Below are positions 25,572 to 37,585 of a stretch of 64,000 nt of DNA, one piece after another. Every line of letters begins with the position of its first letter. Positions within the stretch are counted from its first letter, which is position 1. The notes under the pieces were generated by a model that saw only the letters and a program-made list of their open reading frames with translations, was not told the origin of the DNA and did not search any database. Origin of the DNA: Eledone cirrhosa (lineage: Eukaryota); the NCBI GenBank assembly GCA_964016885.1, contig OZ024741.1, positions 367,722,001-367,786,000 on the forward strand. The letters are read 5' to 3'. The position numbers and the translations under genes are program-made.

Positions 25572-26347
25572 TCCACTAATACTTATAAAAATGGAGTTTA
25601 TACGTTGACCGCAATAACAGTAAATAAAATTGATAATAAGAAATTGAAGTTTTCCGTGTCTGATGCTCGCAATCGACTTTTTCTCTGATAACGAATGGAT
25701 GTGCGGGGCGGAGGTACTCGGGGATTTCTTTAGTAAGAATTTTTTTTCTTTTCTAGGTTTTTTGTTTTTTTGTTTTCGACCAATCTGACATCCGAGTTCT
25801 TTTTCCGAAATTGGAGGCAGAGAGAGAGGGCGACCCTCGGAGTTACAGATAAACAAACCGCTCAGCCTTTTTAATTTATAGAAAAGCATCCGCTGGGGAA
25901 CACGAAATTGTTTTTCTTTTTCCTTGTTTTTTTTCGTGTGTTTTCAACTGCTTGCAATCGCCTTTTTTTCCGAAAAAGGAATGGCGCGGCTGGGCTATAA
26001 AGTATGTGTGGAAATACGTCAACAATGGTTCTGATGTTGCCATGTTTTTGCTACAACGAAATATGGCCGATGAAGTGTCCAACGTCCAACACATACGATA
26101 TATCAGCAGTAACGAAGCATTCTGGCGAATTTTTGGACTCCCAATTCAGGTCCATTACTCACAAGTGCAAAAACTTGACGTCCATTTGGAAAATGGACAA
26201 CGAGTGTATTTTACAGCCCCTGATGCAGCCCAAAAATCCATATTGCCAAGAAAGACAACTTTGCAAGCATTTTTTTTTTTAACTTTGTAGAACTAACAGC
26301 TTTGCACGAACTCTACAATACGGTCAACAAATACCAACCTACTACTA

Positions 26348-26348
<1 letters not shown>
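25572..26348 (+). mobile_element. Internally deleted Helitron with Rep/Helicase remnant (ORF 25952-26290)
   Basis: IKYVWKYVNNGSD..DEV..RYISSNEAFWRIFG..LDVHLENGQRVYFT is a RepHel block. The 3' end is CTAG|T at 26345-26349; the 5' boundary is uncertain. Confidence 0.8.
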
Positions 26349-26423
<75 letters not shown>

Positions 26424-26539
26424 TATATATATATATATATATACACTATATATATATATATATATACACTATATATATATATATATATACACTATATATA
26501 TATATATATATATACACTATATATATATATATATATATA

Positions 26540-26573
<34 letters not shown>

Positions 26574-26622
26574 TATATATATATATATATATATACACTA
26601 TATATATATATATATATATATA

Positions 26623-26656
<34 letters not shown>

Positions 26657-26702
26657 TATATATATATATATATATATATATACACTATATATATATATAT
26701 AT
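26349..26702. repeat. Compound (TA)n microsatellite with periodic CAC interruptions
   Basis: Seen directly. Confidence 0.95.
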
Positions 26703-26789
26703 ACCATTCCTTTTCGGAAAAAAGGCGATTGCAAGCATGTTGGAGATCACATTATATATATATATGGAGATCACATATATATATATATA

Positions 26790-27972
26790 TATTTGTTTTG
26801 CAAGCTTTTTTATATGAAATCGTGTGTTGAAAAAAATATTGTTATACTTGGGGAGGGTCATATTGTTATAATATTGCCAGAAATAACAATAAAACATACT
26901 CACTGTTTGGATAAATTAACTATGGAGATATAAAAGATACAGAGGCAAAAACCAATCCAAACCAAACATTGAGTGTGTTTTATTATTTCTGGCAATATTA
27001 TAACAATATGACCCTCCCCAAATATAACAATATATATATATTGTTATATTGTTGTATTTGGGGAGGGTCATATTGTTATAATATTGCCAGAAATAATAAC
27101 AGAACACACTCACTGTTTGGTTTGGGTTGGTTTACGCTTCTATATATTTTATATCTCCATAGTTAATTTATCTGGTAATCAATGTTTATCATTGATTGAC
27201 CAACGGGTAAAAATACAGATATAAACATATATATATATAGTCTATCAAAATTCTTTCGTTACACCTCTGTGACATCATCAGTGGTACTGTTATGTTTCCT
27301 CCCGATGTATTGTAATGCCTGCGCCATTTTTATTTTATTTCTTTATTTATTCTGGTCTCTGTCTGCACACACGTTTGCATGTGTTTCCTGTTTGATGTGT
27401 GTGTTCGTGTTTGAGTGTATGTGTATTCTATCTTTGTTCACTAGTATGTGTTTATATGTGTTTGTTGTTATTGTACTTGTGTATATATTTATTTATTTAT
27501 TTATATTTCCCTTAGGTCAGTATTGTTTGTTTGGGTATGGTTTTTGTTGTTATTCCATTCATTGTTTCTGTTCAATTCTGGTTTTCTTAGTTCTATCTCA
27601 GTTGCTTCTCTGATTTGCCTACCTATTGGGTCATTTCTATGCTTAGATATTATTTTAATTTCTATGTTGTCTATATTACCGTCATGTCTTTGTCTGGTGT
27701 GTTCATATAGTACTAATATTCTGATCGCAGACTTGATAAGAGTGATGAAGAATGTGTCCCGCATGTGCGACCCAGAAATAATAATAAAACACACTCACTG
27801 TTTGGATAAATTAACTATGGAGATATAAAATATACAGAAGCAAAAACCAACCCAAACCAAACAGTGAGTGTTCTGTTGTTATTTCTGAAAATATTATGAC
27901 AATATGACCCTCCCTAAATATAACAATATTTGTTTCAACACACGATTTCATATCAAAAACCTTGCAAAACAA

Positions 27973-27975
<3 letters not shown>
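26790..27975. repeat. Nested inverted-repeat family (26790-27175, 27772-27975; fragment at 22725-22805)
   Basis: Module GGGGAGGGTCATATTGTTATAATATTGCCAGAAATAA...ACTCACTGTTTGG repeated in alternating orientation. Confidence 0.8.
27245..27715 (-). mobile_element. Penelope-like element 3' fragment (GIY-YIG C-terminus, 3'UTR and hammerhead-like core)
   Basis: EH...H...IEIKII..HRNDPIGRQIREATEIELRKPELNRNNEW fits a PLE GIY-YIG end. CTGATGA-tgtcacagaggtgtaac-GAAA lies at about 27254-27281 on -. Confidence 0.65.
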
Positions 27976-28033
<58 letters not shown>

Positions 28034-28117
28034 AAAGTTTTATTTAAAATTGTTGGGTCACAACGAGTAAATATTTTATAAATGATATAAAAGCACTCAA
28101 CAGATTTTGGAGTATTT

Positions 28118-31044
28118 TACGATATTAAACAAATGGAAACTACATTTATAAAACCATATTTATTTCATTATATATATATTTCAGGGATATCACATTAAAA
28201 ATATGGTATGCCCTCTTCAGACAAAATACAATATATAAACAGTTTTATAAATAAATTTGACATACCTTAAAACTTTACAACTTCCATTTAAAAAGTTGTT
28301 ATGGTAGTGAAAATGTTAAGGACAGCTAGAAAGAAAGACGGAGAGAAAAAAAAAAGGAAAGAAAGTGTATAGTGCTAAGGACAGTTAGAGAGGAAGGTGA
28401 AGAAGATGAAGAAATGTATGTAAAGAAAAAAACAACAGAGCGAAATAGAGAGAGATATGGGAGAGAGAAACACTGAGGAGGTGAAAAATGAATAACGTAC
28501 AAATGAGAGATTTAGGAGGGAAGGGAGTACTGTAATCATTTATTTATTTATTTAGTTATAGTGTTAAGGATACGGAGAGAAATAAAAATAAAAATAAATA
28601 AAGAGAGGTAGAAAGAGATATAGGTGGTGGGAGAAAAGAGGTAGATCGAGTAATATCTATTATACGAGGTGGGTGAGATACAGGAGGCAGAGTTAAAACA
28701 GCCGATACATAAGTCCCGTCAAGTGTAGAGGGAGGAGGAGAAGAGATATATTCAGAAATAAAGATGATAGCTTTAAAATATTATGTTTCATCAGTCTATC
28801 AATTCTTATGAATTATAATGTAAACATCAATATTCATGAACGAGACACATATCAACAATGTGTGAAAAAAATAATGACCATATGTCTAGTTTAAAAACTC
28901 CTAGGTTTATAATCAAAATCTGAGATAAAACTTCAAAAAAAAAAAAAAAAAAAAAAAAAATACCGAAACACATAAGTACACATGTATTTTCATGAAAAAA
29001 GAAAAAGAAAAAAGAGATAGAAAAAGAGAAGGTCATCTCAAATTCAAGTTGACACTACAGACACACATGTGAGTCTACGTGATCAGCTCTGTAAATCTCT
29101 ATTTCACATGAAAATCTTCATTGCACCACAAAAGATTCTACCATACATACATCTACATACATATATATATACATAAAATATACATTATTAATAATAATAT
29201 TCTTGCCCTCTCTTACACGACCATCGTTCAAGCATAGAATAGAACAGATATCAATATATTAAAAACGCCAAGAGTATTTCACTCCCCAGAATATCTAGGG
29301 CCGCAAGAAAACACAGCGCGCCCCGCACACCAATCACAGAAATCAACCCCTCCAACCCACCCGACAATACATTGCCAAGTTCACCAGAAGCAATCAGAAT
29401 CAAAAGCAAACGAAACCAAAATTATTCAACAAAACTTATTTAGCAGAAATCATTAAAAAAAAAAACAAAAAAAAAAAAAAAACTTTAGGATACCCGGTTG
29501 CTCCACAGATGCTCCCACGTTCATTATAGAAGTCTATCTAGCTTGAAAATTTTATTCAACAGACCGGGAGCATCACCACCCTAAGGTAGTTCAACCACAT
29601 CATCAACTATATACTCACGAAGAAGGCCTAAAAAATTGAAGGAATCGAAAGACCTATCGCCAAGTTTCATAAATAACTAAAAATCTTAAGTAAACATACC
29701 ACATTTCAAATCTATACCCATACCCAAAAGTTGAGTTCAATCCATGTCCGCAGCAACCGAATAAATTGGTCCGTAAACCAAGGGAACTCCTAGATTTTAG
29801 CACAAAGAATATCTCCTTCGCGCAGAGGCCACACGTCCCAGAAGAGGAATCAAAAGGAATCCCTCATGAGACCACATTCCAAACCATCGAACATCCAACG
29901 CCATCACGCCCAAGCCGCCAGAGCAAGCCCGATAGCGACGTTGAAGACCCCCCGTCTGGATCCGTGAAAGAACTCCCGTGACTACTATAGCGAAGCCCAA
30001 ACTCTGTCGAGGTGGAACCAACATAATCAAAAGAATCCAAGTCAGTTCTAACATTACAGTTGTATACCATACCTTCAACTAAGCAATTGTTATTTAACGG
30101 GCATTTAGATCTATCTCTACAGTTACAGTTGTCTACTTGAATATTGTTTAGGCTATTATCGGCACCCTGGCTAGGCCCCAGATTCCCACCATTTATTCTA
30201 TCAACATTCTGTGCCAAATTTCTGGTGGACGAGCAGGTTAATTCCACAGTATCTCCATTGAAAATTGAGTGATACTCATGTGTTCTAGGGAAGCATTTGT
30301 CAAGAGCATTAAAAAATAGTTTAGCGATGTGGGTTTTAATGTTTAGTGAAAAAGGGGGGGGGGGGGGCAAACCAAATTATATTTCTAGTTCTATTTCTTT
30401 TCTGGTTTTTTGGAATTATTGTAATTCTTTCTATTATAGTTGTTAAAGTTGTTACCGTAATTAAAATTGTTGTTATTTTGGTTAGTTTGTCTATTATTAT
30501 CGATGTACATAATTTTATCACTATATCCTGCTCTAGCTAACGCTTCATTGTAATACTGGGCTTTTTGGTCGAAAATATTTTTATTAGATGAGATTCTAGA
30601 GATACGTTTTTGAACAGAGTTCACTATAGTATTTTTAACAGATCTGGGGTGGTTTGAGTTAAAGTTGACATAATTCAAGTTTTCATTTAACTTGTGAAAT
30701 GGATAGTGAAGATATGTGTTGCGATTTAATGTTACATCTAGGAAATTGACTATTCTCTGGTTATTCTCAATTTCTATTTTTAGATTAAGGTAATTAAAAA
30801 ATTGTATAATTTGTTTTCTTTTTCTATTTAGTTCAGAGTTATTATTTTCAATAAGTAAAAGCATGTCATCTCGATATAATCCTCCGGTAACACCGGGTAT
30901 TTTCCTATGCAGCGAATTAATTATAAATAGGCCCACAAGGTCTGTTACCTGAGCCATAGTAATGATCCCATAGTAATGTCGAAATTGTTATCTCTATCTG
31001 CCCTAGTCCATAGTTGGTTATTAAATTCTATCAATGTTTTCCTT
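28118..31044 (-). mobile_element. Penelope-like element, 5'-truncated (RT 30391-31044; Cys linker + GIY-YIG about 29740-30370), frameshifted
   Basis: FDITMGS, GLYRDD, VNFLDVTL, YVNFNSNHP, IIWF.PPFS, CNC....CPL, VY...YVGST and CGLC..E motifs. Confidence 0.9.
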
Positions 31045-31164
31045 CAAACTAACCAAAATAACAACAATTTTAATTACGGTAACAACTTTAACAACTATAA
31101 TAGAAAGAATTACAATAATTCCAAAAAACCAGAAAAGAAATAGAACTAGAAATATAATTTGGTT

Positions 31165-31195
<31 letters not shown>

Positions 31196-32519
31196 TTTTC
31201 ACTAAACATTAAAACCCACATCGCTAAACTATTTTTTAATGCTCTTGACAAATGCTTCCCTAGAACACATGAGTATCACTCAATTTTCAATGGAGATACT
31301 GTGGAATTAACCTGCTCGTCCACCAGAAATTTGGCACAGAATGTTGATAGAATAAATGGTGGGAATCTGGGGCCTAGCCAGGGTGCCGATAATAGCCTAA
31401 ACAATATTCAAGTAGACAACTGTAACTGTAGAGATAGATCTAAATGCCCGTTAAATAACAATTGCTTAGTTGAAGGTATGGTATACAACTGTAATGTTAG
31501 AACTGACTTGGATTCTTTTGATTATGTTGGTTCCACCTCGACAGAGTTTGGGCTTCGCTATAGTAGTCACGGGAGTTCTTTCACGGATCCAGACGGGGGG
31601 TCTTCAACGTCGCTATCGGGCTTGCTCTGGCGGCTTGGGCGTGATGGCGTTGGATGTTCGATGGTTTGGAATGTGGTCTCATGAGGGATTCCTTTTGATT
31701 CCTCTTCTGGGACGTGTGGCCTCTGCGCGAAGGAGATATTCTTTGTGCTAAAATCTAGGAGTTCCCTTGGTTTACGGACCAATTTATTCGGTTGCTGCGG
31801 ACATGGATTGAACTCAACTTTTGGGTATGGGTATAGATTTGAAATGTGGTATGTTTACTTAAGATTTTTAGTTATTTATGAAACTTGGCGATAGGTCTTT
31901 CGATTCCTTCAATTTTTTAGGCCTTCTTCGTGAGTATATCTCACCCCTCCCCTATCTCTCCCACCTCGTATAATAGATATTACTCGATCTACCTCTTTTC
32001 TCCCACCACCTATATCTCTTTCTACCTCTCTTTATTTATTTTTATTTTTATTTCTCTCCGTATCCTTAACACTATAACTAAATAAATAAATAAATGATTA
32101 CAGTACCCCCTTCCCTCCTAAATCTCTCATTTGTACGTTATTCATTTTTCACCTCCTCAGTGTTCCTCTCTCCCATATCTCTCTCTCTCTATTTCGCTGT
32201 TGTTTTTTTCTTTACATACATTTCTTCATCTTCTTCACCTTCCTCTCTAACTGTCCTTAGCACTATACACTTTCTTTCCTTTTTTTTTTTTTTTCCTCCG
32301 TCTTTCTTTCTAGCTGTCCTTAACATTTTCACTACCATAACAACTTTTTAAATGGAAGTTGTAAAGTTTTAAGGTATGTCAAATTTATTTATAAAACTGT
32401 TTATATATTGTATTTTGTCTGAAGAGGGCATACCATATTTTTAATGTGATATCCCTGAAATATATATAATGAAATAAATATGGTTTTATAAATGTAGTTT
32501 CCATTTGTTTAATATCGTA
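31045..32519 (+). mobile_element. Inverted duplicate of the PLE 3' portion (inverted pseudo-LTR)
   Basis: 31045-31938 is the reverse complement of 29608-30489, and about 31960-32519 is the reverse complement of 28118-28678. The translated GIY-YIG ORFs are identical. Confidence 0.92.
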
Positions 32520-32536
32520 TATATATATATATATAT

Positions 32537-32606
<70 letters not shown>

Positions 32607-32701
32607 TTTCATTTTACGTCCGCTTTTTCCCTGCTAGCAAGGGTGGGACGGGAACTGATTCTGGCTTGATTTCTACAGCTGGATGCCCTTCCTAACACCA
32701 A

Positions 32702-32731
<30 letters not shown>

Positions 32732-32735
<4 letters not shown>

Positions 32736-35700
32736 ATGTATTCTTGTGGTTCGTGCTGGGATAATAAACAACTCACTGAAGGCGTTGGCATGATTCTACG
32801 TGTTTATTTACTTGGCATGTTTTTAGCGGATTGATACATACTGTGCATATCCGCCTTAGACACAGTTCCTACTGTTTGCTAGATGCGCTTAACAAAATAG
32901 TACTAATAGTGGGGATGTATTCATTGTTATGTATATCTATGCATACACATAGGTATGAACGTGTAACATCCCTTCTTCTTGAAAAAAAAAAGGATCTTTT
33001 GGCAATGAAAAAAGAAAAATAGAAGTAATCTCCCTTACACTAATGGATTGTCAGCGCAAGGGTGGCAATCCTGCAGCAGAAACCATGAGATTATTCTGCC
33101 CACACACGTGGTTTTCTGCTTCCTAATCTAGCAGAAATAGTTTTTTTTTTTTTTTTATCTTTTAACGGTATCGAATCGGTGGTAAAATGTTCGGTCTCCA
33201 TCTAGTGGATCTTGTGCTCTGCACTGGTGTCTGAGGTGTGTTGTTGGGCTGCTGATAGGTGGTTGGTGCCCGTTGGGGTGATGATTCTGTGGAAGCACGG
33301 ATTCTGTGTGTGTCGTCATCTGCTGTGGGTGTTGCGCATGTTATCCTCGATAGCTTTGGTGTTGGGCGGATGTGGGCCCTGTTACGTCTCAGCTGCCTAC
33401 CAGATTCAGTTTCTATAATATATGATCTTGGAGTTTCGGCTCTACTGACAACTTGTGCTGGGATCCATGTTTTGGTTATAGGATCTTGAGTATGCACATG
33501 CTGTCCTCCAAGTATCTCAGGTAAGTATTGTGCATGTTTGTTGTAATATTTCTGTGCTTGTTCTTGAGTGGCTGCTAGCTTTGCCCTTGTCTCTTCCTGG
33601 TCAATAGGCGGTTGGATCTTAGTTGGCAGGGTGGTTTTGTATTTCCTGCCATTCAGCATTTCTGCTGGGGATTTCATGTCAGTCCTCAGTGGTGTCGCTC
33701 GTAGGAACAGAAGTGCCAGGTGTGGGTCTTCCTTAGTTTCTCGGCATTTGACTAATGTTCTCTTGACTGTCTGCACCTATCTTTCTATGGGGTAGTGTGG
33801 AGATGAGGTTATGATGTTGAACCCATACTCATCGGCTAGCTTTTTGAATTCCTGAGATGTGAACTGGGTTCCATTGTCACATATGATCTGCTCTGGTATT
33901 CCTTGCTCTGCTAGGAGTCCTCGAGCCACTGTAGTTATTGTTTTAGCCCTCAGGTCTTTCACTTTTCTCACAAATGGGAATTTGGAGTAGTAGCAGACCA
34001 TAATCAAGTACCATTCTTGGTTCTCTGTGAACAGATCTACTCCAATAGTTTGCCATGGCCTTCTTGGAATGTCACTGGATATCATTTCCTCCTTTTGTTG
34101 TGAGTTTCTGTACTTTTGACAGATGTGGCATGTAGAAACCATCTTTTCTATGTCTTTGTACATGCCTATCCAATATACAGCTGACTTGGCTCGGAGTTTG
34201 CATTTTTCCATTCCCAGATGTCCTTGGTGGATCTTGACAAGAATCTCTTTTTGCATTGATTTGGGCATAATTATTCGGGATCCAGCCATCAGGATTCCAT
34301 TCTCCACTGATATGTCATCATGGATGGCCCAATATTCACGAATGAGGGGCTGCACCTGATGTCTCTTCTCTGGCCACCCCTGAATCACCATCTGAGTAAG
34401 AAGCTGGAGTTCTTCATCTTTGCTGGTCTCCTCTTTGATTTGTTCCAGCTTTGTGTTTGTCACATTTACAATGTGGTGGACCTTTACACTTAGTCCTTCC
34501 ATTTCCTGTTTATCATGTGAGGATAGTCTGGAAAGAGCATCCGCCAATATCAGGTCCTTTCCTGGCTTGTACCTGATATTGTAGTCATATTTTTGGAGCC
34601 TCAACAGTAACCTTTGCAGTCTGGCTGGTGCTTTTGTGAGTTTTTTTTTGTATATTTGTTCTAGCGGGCGATGGTCTGACTCAATATTGAAATATCTGCC
34701 ATACAGGTATGTGTGAAACTTTCACAGCCATATACTACTGCCAGGAGTTCCCTTTCAATGTTTGCATACCTTGTCTCTGTGGGTGAGAGAGCTTTCGAGG
34801 CATATGCAATAGGTTTACCTTCTTGTATCAATGCTGCACCAACTCCTCTCATAGAAGCATCAACTTGGAGTGTTACTGGTTTGCATCTATCATAGTACTG
34901 CAGAGTTGTCTCCTTACTGATGAGCTTTTTGATTGCATTGAAATCCTGTGTGTGCGATGCACACCAATCAAACTCTATGTCATCTTTCATTAGCTCTCGG
35001 AGGTTTGCAGTGTGATCGGCCAGCTTAGGTATGAAGGCTCCCATATAGTGGATGAGTCCCAGGAAGCTTCCGAGTTCCTTCTTATCTTTGGGTTCTCTGA
35101 TGTCACTGATGGCTTCCACTTTAGCGGGGTCTGGTTTCACTCCCTTTGCAGAGTATATCATTCCAAAAAATTTGCACTCTTTTGCTTTGATCACACACTT
35201 GTCTACATTGAGTTTGATACCTGCTTGTCGGGTTTTCTCCATAGCTTCATGTAAATTGAAGTCATGTGTGATCTCATCCTTGCCATGCACTTGGATATCG
35301 TCTGCTATCCCAATTGCTCCCTTGCAGCCTTGGTAGGCCTCATCTATTTGGCGCTGGAAAACATCTTGGCTCACCTTCAATCCAAATGGGAGGCGGTTGA
35401 ATCGGTATCTGCCAAATGGTGTGTTGAAGGTAGTTAGCATCGATGATTCTTTGTCTATCTTTACATTCCAGTACCCATTACTGACATCCAGTTTGCTGAA
35501 TATCTTGGATCCAGCTAATGATGGTGTGATTTCTTCAAGGGTTGGAATTGGGTAGTAATCTCGTTTTAATGCCATGTTCAGATCTCTTGGGTCGAGGCAT
35601 ATTCATAAGGTACCATTGGCTTTTTCTTTGATTACAATTGAATTCACCCAGTCAGTTGGTCGTGTCACTTTGGTGATTATTTCCTTTTTCTCCATTCTGT

Positions 35701-37548
35701 CTAACTCTGCTTTCAGCTTCTCTTTTAATTCCAGCGGAACGCGGCGAGGTGGGTGAACAATTGGTTTGGCATTGGGGTCGACTGTTATATGGTATCGACA
35801 ATTCTCAAAACACCCGACTGTATCGTCAAAGCATTCTGGGTACATGCTTATCAGTTCTTCTTTATTTGTGATTGGTGGTCGGTCTTCGATAGGCATATCT
35901 CTGTCAATCCTGCTTGGAGCTGCCTTCACTTCCCCGTTGATTGACACAATATTAAGCCTTTGACAGGTATTAAGTCAAAGAATTGCAGGTCCTTCTGTTC
36001 TTGTGACATAAAAAGAACACTTGATTATTTTTCCTTTGTGTCCCTGTAATGGTTGTTTTGCCCAGTTGTGGAATCCTGGTACCTCCGTATGCAGTGAGGA
36101 TTACAACACTTGGTGTGAGGATTCCTTCCTTGACTTTATCCTCTTGTGTCATGTGTTCTGGGAACATCTTTTTGTAGAGGTTGACAGGCAAGATATCACT
36201 CTGGGCTCCAGTGTCAATCTTTAGCTTTAAGTCAATGTTTATTCGTTTCTTGCCTGACGTCTTTTGGATTTGTATTGTTGTGTATGCTTCATTTTTTTCT
36301 GGTTGTCATTTCCCATCTCATGTACATTTATTGTGCCGACTGCCAAGAATTCCTCCCCTGAGGTGTTTTCTTCCTGTTGTTGGGCATGTATGTCTCTTTG
36401 TCTTCTCTTTCCGCTCCTCTTTGGAAACTGGGGCTTGTATTTGTGAGATTTCGTTAGTCTACACATTTTTCCCCAGTGGTTGGGCTTTCCACATGCTTTG
36501 CAGTGTGTACCGAATGCAGGACATTTCGTCCGGTCATTGAACTCATGCTCTGTACCGCAGTACTGGCATGTTCTCTGTTTGTGGGTATGTTTCGTTCTAT
36601 GTCTGGATGCAATATCTACACTGCTGCCTATTGTGTTTGTTTGTAAAGTAAGTTAGGCCATTTGTTTGGTAGTGGCTTCGAATGCTCTTGCAGTGTCTAC
36701 TGCTTCCATCAACTGGAGAGCGTCCTTACCTATGAGGGATTTCTGGACTTCTTTGTGAGCACACCCCCATATGAGTTGATCAACAATCCTTTCGTCCTTG
36801 TCTTTGAATCTGCATTTCTCGGCAACATTCTTTAGTCTGGACAGGAAGTTGTCAATTGTTTCTTGTGGGTCTTGTGTCAGGCCTTGGAATTCGTACCTAT
36901 GAATTCTATGGTTTGATCTGGGCTCTAGGTGCCTTTCAAATTTCTCTAAAAGTGTGTCTGGATGATTGCAATCCGATTCTGACATGTCCCAACTAATGAA
37001 TAGGTCTAGGCTCTTCTCTCCCGTCCATAAAAGGATGTAGCTTACCCTTTCATCGGCAGTTGTACCTTTCAGGAAGCTTCTGAAAGCAAATTGAGTTTTC
37101 TGATTGAATTTCTTGAATGCTTCCGCGATATCATCGGCGTCCCAGTTCATGGTCGGATGTAGATTCATCTGTACGGCGACGGTGGCCGCCATTTTGGATT
37201 CTCGTGTGTGTGTACGAAGACGAAGTGATATTCAGTTTGTTAAATTTCAGGTTTGTTGTGTTCCTGTTTTGTTGTAAAGGCACGGTTTTCGATTAAGTAT
37301 TTATCGCTGCCACCATGTTATGTATTCTTGTGGTTCGTGCTGGGATAATAAACAACTCACTGAAGGCGTTGGCATGATTCTACGTGTTTATTTACTTGGC
37401 ATGTTTTTAGCGGATTGATACATACTGTGCGTATCCGCCTTAGACACAGTTCCTACTGGTTACTAGATGCGCTTAACAAAATAGTACTAATAGTGGGGAT
37501 GTATTCATTGTTATGTATATCTATGCATACACATAGGTATGAACGTGT

Positions 37549-37552
<4 letters not shown>
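32732..37552 (-). mobile_element. Ty3/Gypsy LTR retrotransposon (Mag-like), both LTRs present, coding region disrupted
   Basis: 237-bp TG...CA LTRs at 32732-32968 and 37316-37552. PBS TGGTGGCAGCG (tRNA-Leu-like), PPT AAGAAGAAGGGA. gag 36653-37192, protease IDTGA about 36210, RT/RNaseH (RLPFGL, IADD, VDAS) 34661-35575, integrase HHCC and core 33162-34604. Inserted in (TA)n. Confidence 0.95.

Positions 37553-37581
<29 letters not shown>

Positions 37582-37585
<4 letters not shown>

Noticed and set aside
28750-28800. CTGATGA on the minus strand in the PLE 3' region
   Set aside because: Followed by TAAA rather than GAAA, with weak stems; at most a decayed relic.
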